Shown: positions 27,521-37,783, counted from the stretch's first letter. The stretch: 64,000 nt of DNA from Planctomycetota bacterium (GCA_965223265.1 OZ244999.1:2944001-3008000); one strand, 5' to 3'. Notes: generated from the sequence alone by a model not told the origin. Numbers and translations are program-made.

Positions 27521-28723
27521 ATGCGAAGACGATTTGGCAATCACACCTTAACGGATTCGGCTTCTCACGCATCAGCACTGACGTTCTTCTTCGTGGCGCT
27601 TCTGCTCCCGGCCGCACCCGTCGTCAGCGCCGACGATGCCGCTGCGGCGACAGCGGCTCCAACGACGGAGGCGGATCGCGAGATTGGCAAGAAGGCCGCA
27701 GTCAAAAGCGAGTACATTCGCTTCATTCCCGGTCGACGTGGCGAGGGTGTCCTGAGCACTTCGATCGTGACCCTCGAACGGCCAAACGGGGTGCGGGTCG
27801 ACTTGGTGGCTGCGATCCACATCGCGGATCGTTCCTACTTTTCGCAGCTGCAGAAACGCTTCGAGTCCTACGATAGCGTCCTCTATGAGATGGTGAAGGA
27901 TCCAGACGTCGATCCGGGGCGTCGCCCTGCTGGCGGTGACAGTCTCCTCAGTCTCCTGCAACGCGGAATGAAGGAAACTCTCGAGCTCGAGTTTCAACTC
28001 GATGCGATCGACTACTCCGCCGCCAATTTTGTCCACGCTGATCTGGATCCCAAGACCTTCTTTCGGCTGCAGCGAGAACGCGGCGAGAATGTGCTGACGC
28101 TTTTGCTTCAGGGAATGAGGGCGGAACTTGACGCCCGTAAAAGCGGCGCGATCGAAACCGTCGGACCGGGGCAGCTTCTAGCGGCTCTTGCGAGCGAGGA
28201 TAGCGCCCGCGCCTTGAAGTTCGTATTCGCGAAACAGATGCAACACGCCGAGCTGATCCTCGCCGAGTTCGAGCCAGACACATCGCCGCAGGCGGCCGAC
28301 GCCGACGACCCGCCGGGGCCGGCTCGAGGCGCTGGCTCCGTACTTCTCACCGAGCGCAACAAAGCGGCGCTCCGCGTTCTCGAGAAGGAGCTGGAGAGTG
28401 GCAAGCGGCGGATTGCCATCTTCTACGGCGGTGGTCACATGCCGGATCTGCACGCACGACTCGTTCGGGAGTTCGGTTTTCGGCGCGTAGGGATTGAGTG
28501 GGTTGATGCGTGGAATATTCGAAAGAAGCCAAAAGCCTCACGATCCAAAGGGCTTTTCGGACGACTGTTGGGTGGCCGGGCGCGCCGCGACGACGATGCC
28601 GAGAGCGCCGATGTCGGCGAGGAGACGAAAGCGACCGACCCGGAGCAGGAGAACGAGGAGCCGACGGGGACGAAGCCGGAGGCGCGAGAGCTCCCGCCGA
28701 GCGCTGGGGCCTCTGCGAACTGA
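27521..28723 (+). CDS. Secreted conserved protein, TraB/GumN-like superfamily
   Basis: Signal peptide; AIHIAD, VLYEMV, FQLDAIDY, FVHADL, ERN, FYGGGHMPD. Confidence 0.6.
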   Translation: MRRRFGNHTLTDSASHASALTFFFVALLLPAAPVVSADDAAAATAAPTTEADREIGKKAAVKSEYIRFIPGRRGEGVLSTSIVTLERPNGVRVDLVAAIHIADRSYFSQLQKRFESYDSVLYEMVKDPDVDPGRRPAGGDSLLSLLQRGMKETLELEFQLDAIDYSAANFVHADLDPKTFFRLQRERGENVLTLLLQGMRAELDARKSGAIETVGPGQLLAALASEDSARALKFVFAKQMQHAELILAEFEPDTSPQAADADDPPGPARGAGSVLLTERNKAALRVLEKELESGKRRIAIFYGGGHMPDLHARLVREFGFRRVGIEWVDAWNIRKKPKASRSKGLFGRLLGGRARRDDDAESADVGEETKATDPEQENEEPTGTKPEARELPPSAGASAN

Positions 28724-28793
28724 GTGCGCTATTTCAGAAGTATTGATCGATGTGTTGGGGGCGATGCGAGTTGAAGAGATGAGGAAGGGCGAC

Positions 28794-29705
28794 ATGAGGA
28801 ACGACGTGACCCGCGCGAGCCAAGCCGGTGGTTGGACATTTATCATACTAGCGCTAGTGACTCTCGGTGGTGGCTGTAGTTCGGAGGCGCCACCGGCCGG
28901 AGTGTCGCCGGACGTCCAGCTCTCTGAGGTGATCGCGCACGTCCAAGGTGGCCGGCTCGCGGCTGCTTACGAGGCGTGGCTGCCCGCGTCTTACCGCTCC
29001 GATCTCGATCGAACGGTACAAGCGGTGGCCTCGCTCATCGACGCTGATGATTTCGCCCAGGTGACGGGGAGTCTGCGGTCGTCAGGGCGCCAACTCGCCG
29101 CCATGCTCAGTCTCAGTACGGAAGATGATGCTCTCGTTGCGCTCGCGAAGGCGAAGCTGGCCGATCTGCCTGCGACGCTTGGGCTGACCGAGTTCATCCG
29201 ACTTAAGGACCTCACGGCTCGCGACGCCATCGCAGCGCTTGATACGACTTTTTTTGGCGAGTTGATGCAGCTCGACGTTGTGCGCGAAAAGTTCGGACGA
29301 ATCGATGTACAGTTGAAGAAGCGGGAGCGCGATTGGGCTCAAGTTCTTGTCGTTTCGCACCGCGGGGAATCGCCGCAGGAGGAAGTGGTCGAACTGATTC
29401 GAGTCGACGGCAAGTGGCTTCCCAGTGGGTGGAGTCTCGATTGGGACAGGCAGGTGGAGGGCTGGCATGAAGCGATCGGCAAGGCGAAGGAGCTCAAGGA
29501 GACACAGCCCGAAGTTTATCGGACACATCTTGGCGAGGTCTGCAAGCGCCTTGCGAGTCCGTTCGAGTTGATGCAGGATTTCTTGCCCCGGATTGGCGAT
29601 GCCCTTGGCGTTGCGCCGTCCGAGGCTCCTGTGGCGGAAGCCTCGGGCGGCGAGGCCGTCAGGAAGCTGCCCGTTTGGCGGCCGAATCGAGTCGCAACGG
29701 AATAG
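28794..29705 (+). CDS. Hypothetical lipoprotein
   Basis: Hydrophobic stretch plus GGG-C lipobox; VDGKWLP; fills the gap between neighbours. Confidence 0.65.
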   Translation: MRNDVTRASQAGGWTFIILALVTLGGGCSSEAPPAGVSPDVQLSEVIAHVQGGRLAAAYEAWLPASYRSDLDRTVQAVASLIDADDFAQVTGSLRSSGRQLAAMLSLSTEDDALVALAKAKLADLPATLGLTEFIRLKDLTARDAIAALDTTFFGELMQLDVVREKFGRIDVQLKKRERDWAQVLVVSHRGESPQEEVVELIRVDGKWLPSGWSLDWDRQVEGWHEAIGKAKELKETQPEVYRTHLGEVCKRLASPFELMQDFLPRIGDALGVAPSEAPVAEASGGEAVRKLPVWRPNRVATE

Positions 29706-29714
29706 GAGTGATGC

Positions 29715-29954
29715 ATGGACCAGCCAAAAATCGCAAGCACGAGCCCGACCGTCATCGAACTGGAACCTGGAACCTACTGGTGGTGTCACTGCGGCCTCTC
29801 CAAGGATCAGCCATTTTGCGACGGCTCGCACAGCGGGACGTCCTTCGGGCCAATGAAGGTCGACGTTGACGCGAAGAAGAAGGTCGCGCTGTGCAACTGC
29901 AAGCGCACCGGCGCGTCACCTTTTTGCGACGGCGCCCACGCACGGCTGCCCTGA
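29715..29954 (+). CDS. CDGSH iron-sulfur domain protein (two motifs, CISD3/MiNT-like)
   Basis: WCHCGLSKDQPFCDGSH and LCNCKRT..PFCDGAH; AGGAG RBS. Confidence 0.93.
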   Translation: MDQPKIASTSPTVIELEPGTYWWCHCGLSKDQPFCDGSHSGTSFGPMKVDVDAKKKVALCNCKRTGASPFCDGAHARLP

Positions 29955-30165
29955 TCCGACACTGCGCGCGGCGTCGTCCGTGGAGCTGCGGCCCTCAGGT
30001 GGCAGCGAGTCACCCGAGGTCCCCCCAACGTCGTGAGCTCCCGCACCGGGCGTGGGGCGGTTTTTCCGACGCCGGGGTTTACAGCCGCTCCAAGCTGCCG
30101 TTACAATCAATCGTTTCCCTGTTCGCGCGTTTCAGCGGAAATTCCAACGACCGTAGGGAGTATCG

Positions 30166-30315
30166 ATGAGACTCCGGAGCTCGATTCTGATGACGCTATG
30201 TCTTGATCACAAGCATCATCTTGGGCCTCATCGTCGCTGCACGGCAGCCGTCCATGGCGATCCTGCCCATGGGCATCATCGAGCTCATTCGTCGCACCAT
30301 CGCCATCGCCCCTAA
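30166..30315 (+). CDS. Putative His-rich leader peptide of the his operon (49 aa, 12 His)
   Basis: AGGGAG RBS 5 nt before ATG; MRLRSSILMTLCLDHKHHLGPHRRCTAAVHGDPAHGHHRAHSSHHRHRP*; ends 200 nt before hisG. Confidence 0.6.
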   Translation: MRLRSSILMTLCLDHKHHLGPHRRCTAAVHGDPAHGHHRAHSSHHRHRP

Positions 30316-30516
30316 TGGCGTCTGCGATGTTTGTGGACGATCCACGGCGAGCGTGGTGCTTCGCACTCGCCGATCCGCCAGCGAGCGGCCTGACGCCTAA
30401 AACGCTGCGCGGGTGCTCGCGGACGGTTTGATGGCACCGCGGCCGACCTTTCCGATCGCGTACGAGTGATCGCGTTTATTAACGAACAACTGAGTGATGA
30501 ATCGAGGCGAATCGTG

Positions 30517-31386
30517 ATGAAACTGCGTTTTGGTCTTCCGAAGGGCAGCCTCCAAGAGGCGACGTTCGGGCTCTTTAAGCTGGCTGGTTACAAGTTTAGC
30601 GTGTCGTCACGCTCCTATTTTCCGTCGACCGACGACGATGAGCTTGAGGCCATGCTCGTTCGTGCCCAGGAGATCGCGAGATATGTCGAAGATGGCATTT
30701 TTGATGTCGGACTGACAGGTAAGGACTGGATCATTGAAAACAGCGCCGACGTTGTCGAGGTGCTCGAGCTTTGCTACTCCAAGCAGTCCATGCGGCCGTG
30801 TCGCTGGGTTGTTGCGGTCCCCGAGAGTTCCGAGATTCGGACCGTCGCCGATCTCGCGGGCAAACGCATTGCGACCGAAGCTGTCAACCTCACGCGTCAG
30901 TACCTCGGCGACAACAACGTCGATGCGGAGGTCGAGTTCTCCTGGGGGGCGACCGAGGCGAAGACGCCGGAGCTCGTGGACGCGATCGTTGAGATCACCG
31001 AAACGGGTTCGTCGTTGCGTGCGAACAAACTGCGGATCGTCGACACGATCTTGACAACGACGCCGCGCCTGATCGCTAACAAGGCGAGCTGGGAGAGCGG
31101 CGAAAAACGCGCGAAGATTGAGAATATTGCACTTCTCCTTAAGGGCGCCCTCGAGGCGGAAGGGAGAGTTGGTCTCAAGCTCAACTGCCCGCGAAGCAAG
31201 GTCGACGAGATGATCGGTATTCTTCCAGCAATGAAGAGACCCACGCTTTCGGCGCTGGTCGAGGCTGACTGGGTGGCGCTGGAAACGATCCTGCGAGAGA
31301 CGGAGGTGCGCGAGATCCTGCCGCGACTGAAGAACGCCGGCGCCACGGACATCATCGAGTACCCTCTCAACAAGGTGATCTACTGA
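30517..31386 (+). CDS. hisG: ATP phosphoribosyltransferase (long form)
   Basis: [42 protein letters not shown]-terminal regulatory domain. Confidence 0.96.
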   Translation: MKLRFGLPKGSLQEATFGLFKLAGYKFSVSSRSYFPSTDDDELEAMLVRAQEIARYVEDGIFDVGLTGKDWIIENSADVVEVLELCYSKQSMRPCRWVVAVPESSEIRTVADLAGKRIATEAVNLTRQYLGDNNVDAEVEFSWGATEAKTPELVDAIVEITETGSSLRANKLRIVDTILTTTPRLIANKASWESGEKRAKIENIALLLKGALEAEGRVGLKLNCPRSKVDEMIGILPAMKRPTLSALVEADWVALETILRETEVREILPRLKNAGATDIIEYPLNKVIY

Positions 31387-31410
31387 GCGCGATCCGCTGA
31401 AGGTGGACTC

Positions 31411-33723
31411 ATGGCCGAGTGCCGCGAAGAACGAAACATTACGACCATCGTCGAAGGTGTCATTTCGAGCGTTCGAGATCAGGGCGACGACGCTCTGTGC
31501 GAGTTCGCGTCGCGTTGGGACGGTGTGAGGTTGACGCCGAAGATGCTTCGCGTACCGTCTGCCGCGATCGGGTCAGCATCCGTCGACACTGAATTCGCCG
31601 CGGCATTTCGCCACGCGGTTGACCGTATTCGCAAGTTTCATGAGCAGGTCAAGCCACGGAGCGTTTTCGTTGAGGATGCCGCCGACGGAGTGCGCCTTGG
31701 GCTGCGCTGGACGCCGGTCCGATCCGTCGGCCTTTATGTTCCCGGTGGCAAGGCGAGCTATCCGTCGACATTGGCGATGACTGCGGTGCCGGCACAAATC
31801 GCGGGCGTGCAGCGCATTGCCGTGGTGTCGCCGCCGGGGCCGAATGGCGAGGTCTCGGATCAGGTGCTCACAGCGGCACGGATTCTTGGTCTCAAGGAGA
31901 TCTACCGCGTCGGTGGTGCACAGGCAGTGGCGGCGCTGGCGATCGGTACTGAGGCGATACCACGAGTCGACAAGATTTTTGGGCCTGGAAATGCTTTCGT
32001 AGCAGAAGCTAAAAAGCAGCTCTACGGAGAAGTTGGCATCGATATGCTTGCCGGTCCCAGCGAGATTGTCGTTTACGCCGACCATTCCGCTGAACCCGCG
32101 TGGGTAGCCGCCGACTTGATGGCCCAGGCCGAGCACGACGAAGACACGCGCATCACGGTTCTCGCTAGCAGTCAGGTCGTCCTTGAAGCTGTGACCTCCG
32201 CTTTCGAGCGTGGCATCGAAGACCAGCCGCGGCGCGAGACGATCGCAGCGGCTTGGAAGAATCACGGTCGCGCCGAGGTTGTCGCCGATCCAGCGACGGC
32301 GGCGGCACGCATCGATGAAATCGCCCCGGAGCACCTATCGCTGCAGGTGGACGAGCCGTGGCAAACGCTCACGTTGATCCACAACGCCGGCGCTATTTTT
32401 CTTGGTCCCAACAGTCCAGTGGCCATGGGCGATTATTACGCTGGCCCCAACCACGTGCTTCCCACCGGAACGACGGCGCGCTTTTCGTCATGTTTGTCGG
32501 TGGAAGACTTCATGAAGAGGTCGAACGTCTGTGAGTTGAACCGTGATTTTCTGGTTCAGCACGGCGAGCGCGTCGAGACGTTGGCGCACGGGGAAGGTCT
32601 GCCAGCCCACGCCAACAGTGTGCGTCTTCGCCGTCAACCAACAGCGGGGCCTCGCGCCCGGCGTGGGGTGCGGACGGTGCGTGGTTATGACATCGTCGAG
32701 GAAGACGCGGCGGTGAAGCTGAACCAAAACGAGTCGCCGTGGGATCTTCCCGAAGAAATCAAAGACGAAGTCGCCTCCCGCCTACGCCGACTCGAGTGGA
32801 ACCGATATCACCAGAAGGTGCCGAGTGAATTCCTTGATCGCCTGGCTGCCACCGACGGCGTGCGTCCAGAGCAGGTGATTGCCGCCTCCGGTTCGAATTT
32901 GCTCCTGCAGTGGATCTTTGAGGCGTATGCCGCCCCGGGCGCCGTCGTCGTCTGTCCGCGACCGTCGTTCTCGCTTTATTCCCTTTGGGCAGGCGTGTGC
33001 GAATGCGCCCTCCGTGAGGTCGAGTTCGGTGATGGTTTCGCGTACGAAGTCGAGCCGTTTCTGGCGCGGATTCGGGCTCACAGGCCCGCGCTGACGATTC
33101 TGTGTCTGCCGAACAATCCCACAGGGAGCGAGATGCGCACCGAGGATGTCGTCAGGATCGCCAGGGAGGTCGGTGAGTGCGGTGGTGTGCTGGTCGTTGA
33201 CGAAGCGTACCGAGACTTTTCAGGCGGTGAATTCGATCGCACCGCGCTTTGCGATCGGTTTGATCATGTCATACTCCTGCGTACCTTTTCTAAGGCTTAC
33301 GCCGCCGCCGGTGTTCGCCTTGGCTACGCGGTCGCGCCCGAGGGCATCATCTCCGAACTGCGTAAGGTCATGCCGCCGTTTCACTTGAACCTCTTTGCTG
33401 CTGTGCTCGGCATCACGGTACTCGAACGTCGCGGAGTGTTCTCGCGCAGAATCCAAGATCTGCTGACCGAGCGCGACGATCTAATCGCGGCGCTTAGGGC
33501 TCTGCCAACTGTCGAAGTCGTGCCAACACACGCAAATTTTTTTCTGGTACGAGTAGGAGGAGATGCGGCTCGCGTCTTTGCCGAACTGAAAGAGAGAGAT
33601 GTGTTGGTGCGGCGCGTCGATCCGCGTCAGCTGGGCGGGGAGTACTTACGCGTGAACGTCGGTACACCCGACGAGAATCGGCGCTTGCTTGCCGCCGTGT
33701 CAGAGGTAATAGCTGGCCGATAA
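31411..33723 (+). CDS. hisD: Fused histidinol dehydrogenase / histidinol-phosphate aminotransferase (HisD-HisC)
   Basis: aa 1-408: YVPGG, GPGN, AGPSE, QAEHD, APEHL, GPNHVLPT; aa ~430-770: KLNQNESP, PNNPTG, DEAY, RTFSKAY..AG.RLGY. Confidence 0.93.
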   Translation: MAECREERNITTIVEGVISSVRDQGDDALCEFASRWDGVRLTPKMLRVPSAAIGSASVDTEFAAAFRHAVDRIRKFHEQVKPRSVFVEDAADGVRLGLRWTPVRSVGLYVPGGKASYPSTLAMTAVPAQIAGVQRIAVVSPPGPNGEVSDQVLTAARILGLKEIYRVGGAQAVAALAIGTEAIPRVDKIFGPGNAFVAEAKKQLYGEVGIDMLAGPSEIVVYADHSAEPAWVAADLMAQAEHDEDTRITVLASSQVVLEAVTSAFERGIEDQPRRETIAAAWKNHGRAEVVADPATAAARIDEIAPEHLSLQVDEPWQTLTLIHNAGAIFLGPNSPVAMGDYYAGPNHVLPTGTTARFSSCLSVEDFMKRSNVCELNRDFLVQHGERVETLAHGEGLPAHANSVRLRRQPTAGPRARRGVRTVRGYDIVEEDAAVKLNQNESPWDLPEEIKDEVASRLRRLEWNRYHQKVPSEFLDRLAATDGVRPEQVIAASGSNLLLQWIFEAYAAPGAVVVCPRPSFSLYSLWAGVCECALREVEFGDGFAYEVEPFLARIRAHRPALTILCLPNNPTGSEMRTEDVVRIAREVGECGGVLVVDEAYRDFSGGEFDRTALCDRFDHVILLRTFSKAYAAAGVRLGYAVAPEGIISELRKVMPPFHLNLFAAVLGITVLERRGVFSRRIQDLLTERDDLIAALRALPTVEVVPTHANFFLVRVGGDAARVFAELKERDVLVRRVDPRQLGGEYLRVNVGTPDENRRLLAAVSEVIAGR

Positions 33724-33966
33724 AGCGTAGCGATCGCGGCACCAACACTTGCTTGGTGCTCGAGTGCCGCTGCGGCGCGCCGGCGGTCGAGATAATAGAT
33801 GTCAAAGACGCGGTACGCCGCCGCGGTTGGAGTCCTGCCGGTGCGCGTGCTATGGTGAAAGACAGTACGAAGTCGAACGCAAGTCTTGAAGAATTGATGA
33901 GTGGTGAGAATTCATGATTGCGTCGCTATATTTTGAGCGAAAACTGAGAATTCAGGAAGAAATAAG

Positions 33967-34596
33967 ATGAGCGCAGCCAAGCGACCCCGGAAAGCGGAGC
34001 GTCGGCGACGGACGGGCGAGACGCAAATTCATGTCGCCCTTGCGCTCGACGAACTGGGGAACGTCGATGTCGAGACGGGTGTTGGATTCTTCGATCACAT
34101 GCTCACAGCACTCGGCACTCACGCGCGCTGGTCGCTCTACGTTCGCGGCAGCGGCGACCTCCACGTCGATCAACACCACCTCGTCGAAGACGTGGGCATT
34201 GTGCTTGGTGAAGCGTTTTGGAACGCGCTCGGCGGTGAACGCCGTATCCAGCGCTTCGCGGCCGCGTACGCTCCACTGGACGATTCGCTCGCTAGAGCCG
34301 TCGTCGATCTGAGTGGGCGATCCTACCTTCACTATGAGGTGAAGATCTCACGTCCTTTTGTCGGGCAATTCGATACAGATCTCGTGCTCGAGTTCTTTCA
34401 AGCTTTTGTGGCCAACGCCCATCTCAACTTACATCTTGATCTTTTGCGCGGGGCGAACGCGCACCATCAGATCGAAGCCCTCTTCAAGGCTGTGGCGATC
34501 GCACTCAGAGACGCCGTTCGAATCCAGCCGGAACTCACCGCTGTGCCGTCGACGAAGGGCACGCTGACCGAGGAGTCGGCACGTGTTGACCCATGA
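33967..34596 (+). CDS. hisB: Imidazoleglycerol-phosphate dehydratase
   Basis: GFFDHML, DQHHLVED, NAHHQIEALFKA, PSTKG. Confidence 0.96.
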   Translation: MSAAKRPRKAERRRRTGETQIHVALALDELGNVDVETGVGFFDHMLTALGTHARWSLYVRGSGDLHVDQHHLVEDVGIVLGEAFWNALGGERRIQRFAAAYAPLDDSLARAVVDLSGRSYLHYEVKISRPFVGQFDTDLVLEFFQAFVANAHLNLHLDLLRGANAHHQIEALFKAVAIALRDAVRIQPELTAVPSTKGTLTEESARVDP

Positions 34597-34625
34597 TGCG
34601 TGCAGCGTGACGAGAAAGTCTCCCA

Positions 34626-35387
34626 ATGGTTCAATTTCCTGATTTTCCACGCCCACGCGTCTTTCCTGCGATCGACGTGCGTGGTGGAAGGTGTGTCCGA
34701 TTGATCCGCGGTGCACGCGATGCCGAGCTCTTCTACGACCCTGATCCGGTGGCCGTGGCAAGCCGCTGGGTGGACGCGGGAGCGGAGTGTCTTCACGTGA
34801 TCGACCTGGGCGCTGCGTTCGGTGAGGACTCATCCATCGATGTGATCGAGCGCATCGCGGCACAGGTGCCGATTCCAGTGCAGACCGGTGGGGGAGTCCG
34901 AGACGACGTCACCGTTGAGCGGTTGCTTGCCGGCGGCATCGGGCGCGTGATCCTCGGGACGCGCGCGTTCAAAGACTTGGAGTTCTTGCGCCGGGTCGTC
35001 GAGCGTCACGGTGCGACGCGGGTCATGGTGTCTCTCGATTGCGAGGGCGAGCGGGTCAAGGTCAGTGGCTGGGAGGCTGAGAGTCCTCTGAGCATCGACG
35101 GGGCACTCGAGCACATCGAAGAGGCTGGAGTCTCGCGATTGCTCGTCACGGCCACGGATCGCGATGGGACACTCAGTGGCATTCGGATCGACCTGATGGA
35201 GCGAGTTCTGCGCCAGTCGCGCGCCAAGGTCGTGGCCGCCGGAGGCGTGGGCGCGCTTGAGCACGTCCAAGAGGCGCTATCGTTGGGCCATGAGCGCCTC
35301 GAGGGTGTGGTTGTTGGTCGGGCGCTTTACGAAGGAACTGTCGATCTGCGCGCTGCACTCAAGTTGAGCGATGCAGGGGAAGCATAA
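34626..35387 (+). CDS. hisA: ProFAR isomerase
   Basis: PAIDVRGGRCVRL, HVIDL.AA, GGGVR, DRDGTLSG, GRALYEG. Confidence 0.93.
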   Translation: MVQFPDFPRPRVFPAIDVRGGRCVRLIRGARDAELFYDPDPVAVASRWVDAGAECLHVIDLGAAFGEDSSIDVIERIAAQVPIPVQTGGGVRDDVTVERLLAGGIGRVILGTRAFKDLEFLRRVVERHGATRVMVSLDCEGERVKVSGWEAESPLSIDGALEHIEEAGVSRLLVTATDRDGTLSGIRIDLMERVLRQSRAKVVAAGGVGALEHVQEALSLGHERLEGVVVGRALYEGTVDLRAALKLSDAGEA

Positions 35388-35478
35388 GCCGCGGTGCACG
35401 TTTCGGTGGTTCGATGAACGGCTGACACGACGTTGAGCCTGTCAGATACCGGGCGAAAAACAAGGTAGAATCTTATCG

Positions 35479-35901
35479 ATGAATCAACCAACAGGGAATG
35501 CACACGCTAGTGCTGATGCCTTAGACCTCGTTCGTTTCGACGATTCTGGCCTGGTGCCAGCCGTCGTCCAAGACGCGATGGACGGGCAGGTGTTGATGGT
35601 TGCGTACATGAACCGAGAGTCGCTGCGTCGCACCCTTGAGTCGGGATTGACTTGCTTTTGGAGCCGTTCCCGACAGGAATACTGGGTCAAGGGACTGACG
35701 TCCGGCAACACTCAGAAGGTCGTCAGTCTTTCAGTTGACTGCGATGAAGATTGCCTCCTCATCGTCGTCGAGCAGCAAGGCAAGGGCGTTGCGTGTCACA
35801 CGGGAAAGCGTACCTGCTTCTTTCGCCAGGTGGACCCGGTCAAGCGAACGCTGCACGAGCTCGACGCATCGACGCCTCACTTCCTGCTGGGGAAGTCGTG
35901 A
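35479..35901 (+). CDS. hisI: Phosphoribosyl-AMP cyclohydrolase
   Basis: GLVPAVVQD, WSRSRQ..W.KG.TSG, DCDED, ACHTG..TCF. Confidence 0.95.
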   Translation: MNQPTGNAHASADALDLVRFDDSGLVPAVVQDAMDGQVLMVAYMNRESLRRTLESGLTCFWSRSRQEYWVKGLTSGNTQKVVSLSVDCDEDCLLIVVEQQGKGVACHTGKRTCFFRQVDPVKRTLHELDASTPHFLLGKS

Positions 35902-35954
35902 ATTCCTCGGCGTGCTGATGTTGGTGGGGGTAGTGCTGACGCCGTTGGCGCCGA

Positions 35955-37478
35955 TCAAGCACGAAGATCTTTTCGCAGGATTTTTCCGGTCGGCCCTTTC
36001 GGCAGCTCCGGCAGAATCTCGACCAATCTCGGGTACTTGGTCGCCGCGAGGTTCTGTTTGCAGAATTCCCGGATGTCTTCAGCGGAGGCCTGCCCTTTGA
36101 GAGCGACAACCGCTTTGATTTCCTCACCATACTGATCGTCGGCGACGCCGATGACTGCCGCCTCACTCACGGCCGGATGGGAATAAAGCACCTCTTCGAC
36201 CTCGCGCGGGTACACGTTGAATCCACCGCGGATGATCATGTCTTTCTTGCGGTCGACGATGTAGAAGTACCCGTCTTCGTCTTGACGCCCCATGTCACCG
36301 CTATGGAACCAGCCGCTGCGACAGGCTTCGGCGGTCGCCTCCGGTCTGCCGTAGTAGCCCTTCATTACGTTGTAGCCGCGAATGACGACCTCGCCGACTT
36401 CGCCGACGGGGAGCTCATTGTCGTTTGGGTCGAAGATTTTGACGTCGCAGCCGAAAATTGGCTCGCCGATCGAACCCGGCTTCCTCTCTTTGTAGAGGAC
36501 GTTGAACGTCGCGACCGGAGAGGTTTCGGAGAGGCCGTAGCCTTCGAGGATTTTGACGCCGTAGCGTTTATCGAAAGCGTGCATCACGTCGACCGGCATC
36601 GCGGCACCGCCAGAGAAACAGTACTGGAGGCTTGAGAGGTCGTAGCTCTCCGCGTCGTCGACGTTCAGCAGCTGAAAGTACATCGTCGGAACGCCCGAGA
36701 AGAGCGTCGCGCGGTCGCGTTGCATGACACTGAGAACGTGCTCTGGGGTGAACTTCTGAATGTAAGTGAGTGTCGCGCCGCCGTACATGGCGCTGTTTTG
36801 GTTGCAGGTTTGGCCAAACGAGTGAAACAGGGGCAGGACGGACACGAGCACATGACCTGGTCCAATGCTCTCAGATCTCTCGGGCGTCGAGAGGAGGCGT
36901 TCATTGGAGATTTGAGCGTTGGAGTAGAGGTTGAAGTGCGTCAGCTCTGCCCCTTTGGGCTGCCCCGTCGTTCCCGAAGTGTACAAGATGACGGCGGTGT
37001 CGTCTGATCGAGTCACCGCGATTTCACAGTGGGCGCCGTGGTCGATCTGTTTGCCGTTTTGAACCGTCAGCGGCCCATCTTGCTCGTTGACTATGAAGAG
37101 GTGATGGCAGTCGGGAGCGGCCTCGAACCCTTGCTGGGCGCTGGTGGCGTAATCGATCCATGCCACTATAGCGACCGCGCCGGAGTCGTTGAGCGAGTAT
37201 GCGACTTCACGTCCAACTGAGAGAAAGCTGATCGGGACCACAACCGCGCCAGCATGAAGGATGCCAAAATAGGCGATCGTGAAGCTCATGCAGTTGGGGA
37301 CGAGGAGTGCAACTCGGTCGCCCGGCCGTACACCCACGTCGATGAGGTGAGACGCGAACGCCTCGACGCGGGCGGATACTTCCGCGAATGTCATTCGCTC
37401 GTCGTCGTCGATGAGCGCGGTATGCTCGGGGTAATAACGGGCAGAGTTGCCGACAATGCTGGCGAGGTTCAGGCTCAT
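35955..37478 (-). CDS. Long-chain-fatty-acid--CoA ligase (ANL family)
   Basis: YTSGTTGQPKG, EGYGLSETSP, SGDMG..D.DG, GGFNVYPREVE, PKGPTGKIL. Confidence 0.9.
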   Translation of the reverse strand: MSLNLASIVGNSARYYPEHTALIDDDERMTFAEVSARVEAFASHLIDVGVRPGDRVALLVPNCMSFTIAYFGILHAGAVVVPISFLSVGREVAYSLNDSGAVAIVAWIDYATSAQQGFEAAPDCHHLFIVNEQDGPLTVQNGKQIDHGAHCEIAVTRSDDTAVILYTSGTTGQPKGAELTHFNLYSNAQISNERLLSTPERSESIGPGHVLVSVLPLFHSFGQTCNQNSAMYGGATLTYIQKFTPEHVLSVMQRDRATLFSGVPTMYFQLLNVDDAESYDLSSLQYCFSGGAAMPVDVMHAFDKRYGVKILEGYGLSETSPVATFNVLYKERKPGSIGEPIFGCDVKIFDPNDNELPVGEVGEVVIRGYNVMKGYYGRPEATAEACRSGWFHSGDMGRQDEDGYFYIVDRKKDMIIRGGFNVYPREVEEVLYSHPAVSEAAVIGVADDQYGEEIKAVVALKGQASAEDIREFCKQNLAATKYPRLVEILPELPKGPTGKILRKDLRA

Positions 37479-37516
37479 TGGCGGTCCTTCGTCCTTCAGT
37501 GGTGCTCAGCGCTTAG

Positions 37517-37590
37517 TTAGCAGCCCGCTGAGAATGTCCTTCGACCGAGAAACTGGCTCTTTTCGAAGCACTTATTCAGCGCGCTGTTAG
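37517..37590. repeat. Short type A repeat flanked by TTAG on both sides
   Basis: TTAG-CAGCCCGCTGAGAATGTCCTTCG..GAAACTGG..CGAAGCACTTATTCAGCGCGCTG-TTAG. Confidence 0.65.
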
Positions 37591-37783
37591 AGGGTTTCAG
37601 AGCGCGCACCGCGAGGGAACAAGGCGCGCGTGCCGCCCATCACAACACGATCGACCTTTGTGTCAAGCCCTCGGCCTCAGCCCCAATCGTGCCTGCGACG
37701 CCGACCTGGACGTTCGAAAAGGACGATCGTCCTTCCATTTGGCAGCGCAAGCGCCGTGAACGCCGAGTCGGCGCTGTGAGTCG

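Noticed and set aside
30203-30400. 65-aa hydrophobic ORF with CxxC
   Set aside because: TTG start with no RBS; the overlapping His-rich frame has RBS, ATG and a fitting context. Kept only as a caveat
35955-37478. 4-hydroxybenzoate-CoA ligase partner for hcrCAB
   Set aside because: 11 kb away and motifs resemble long-chain acyl-CoA ligases
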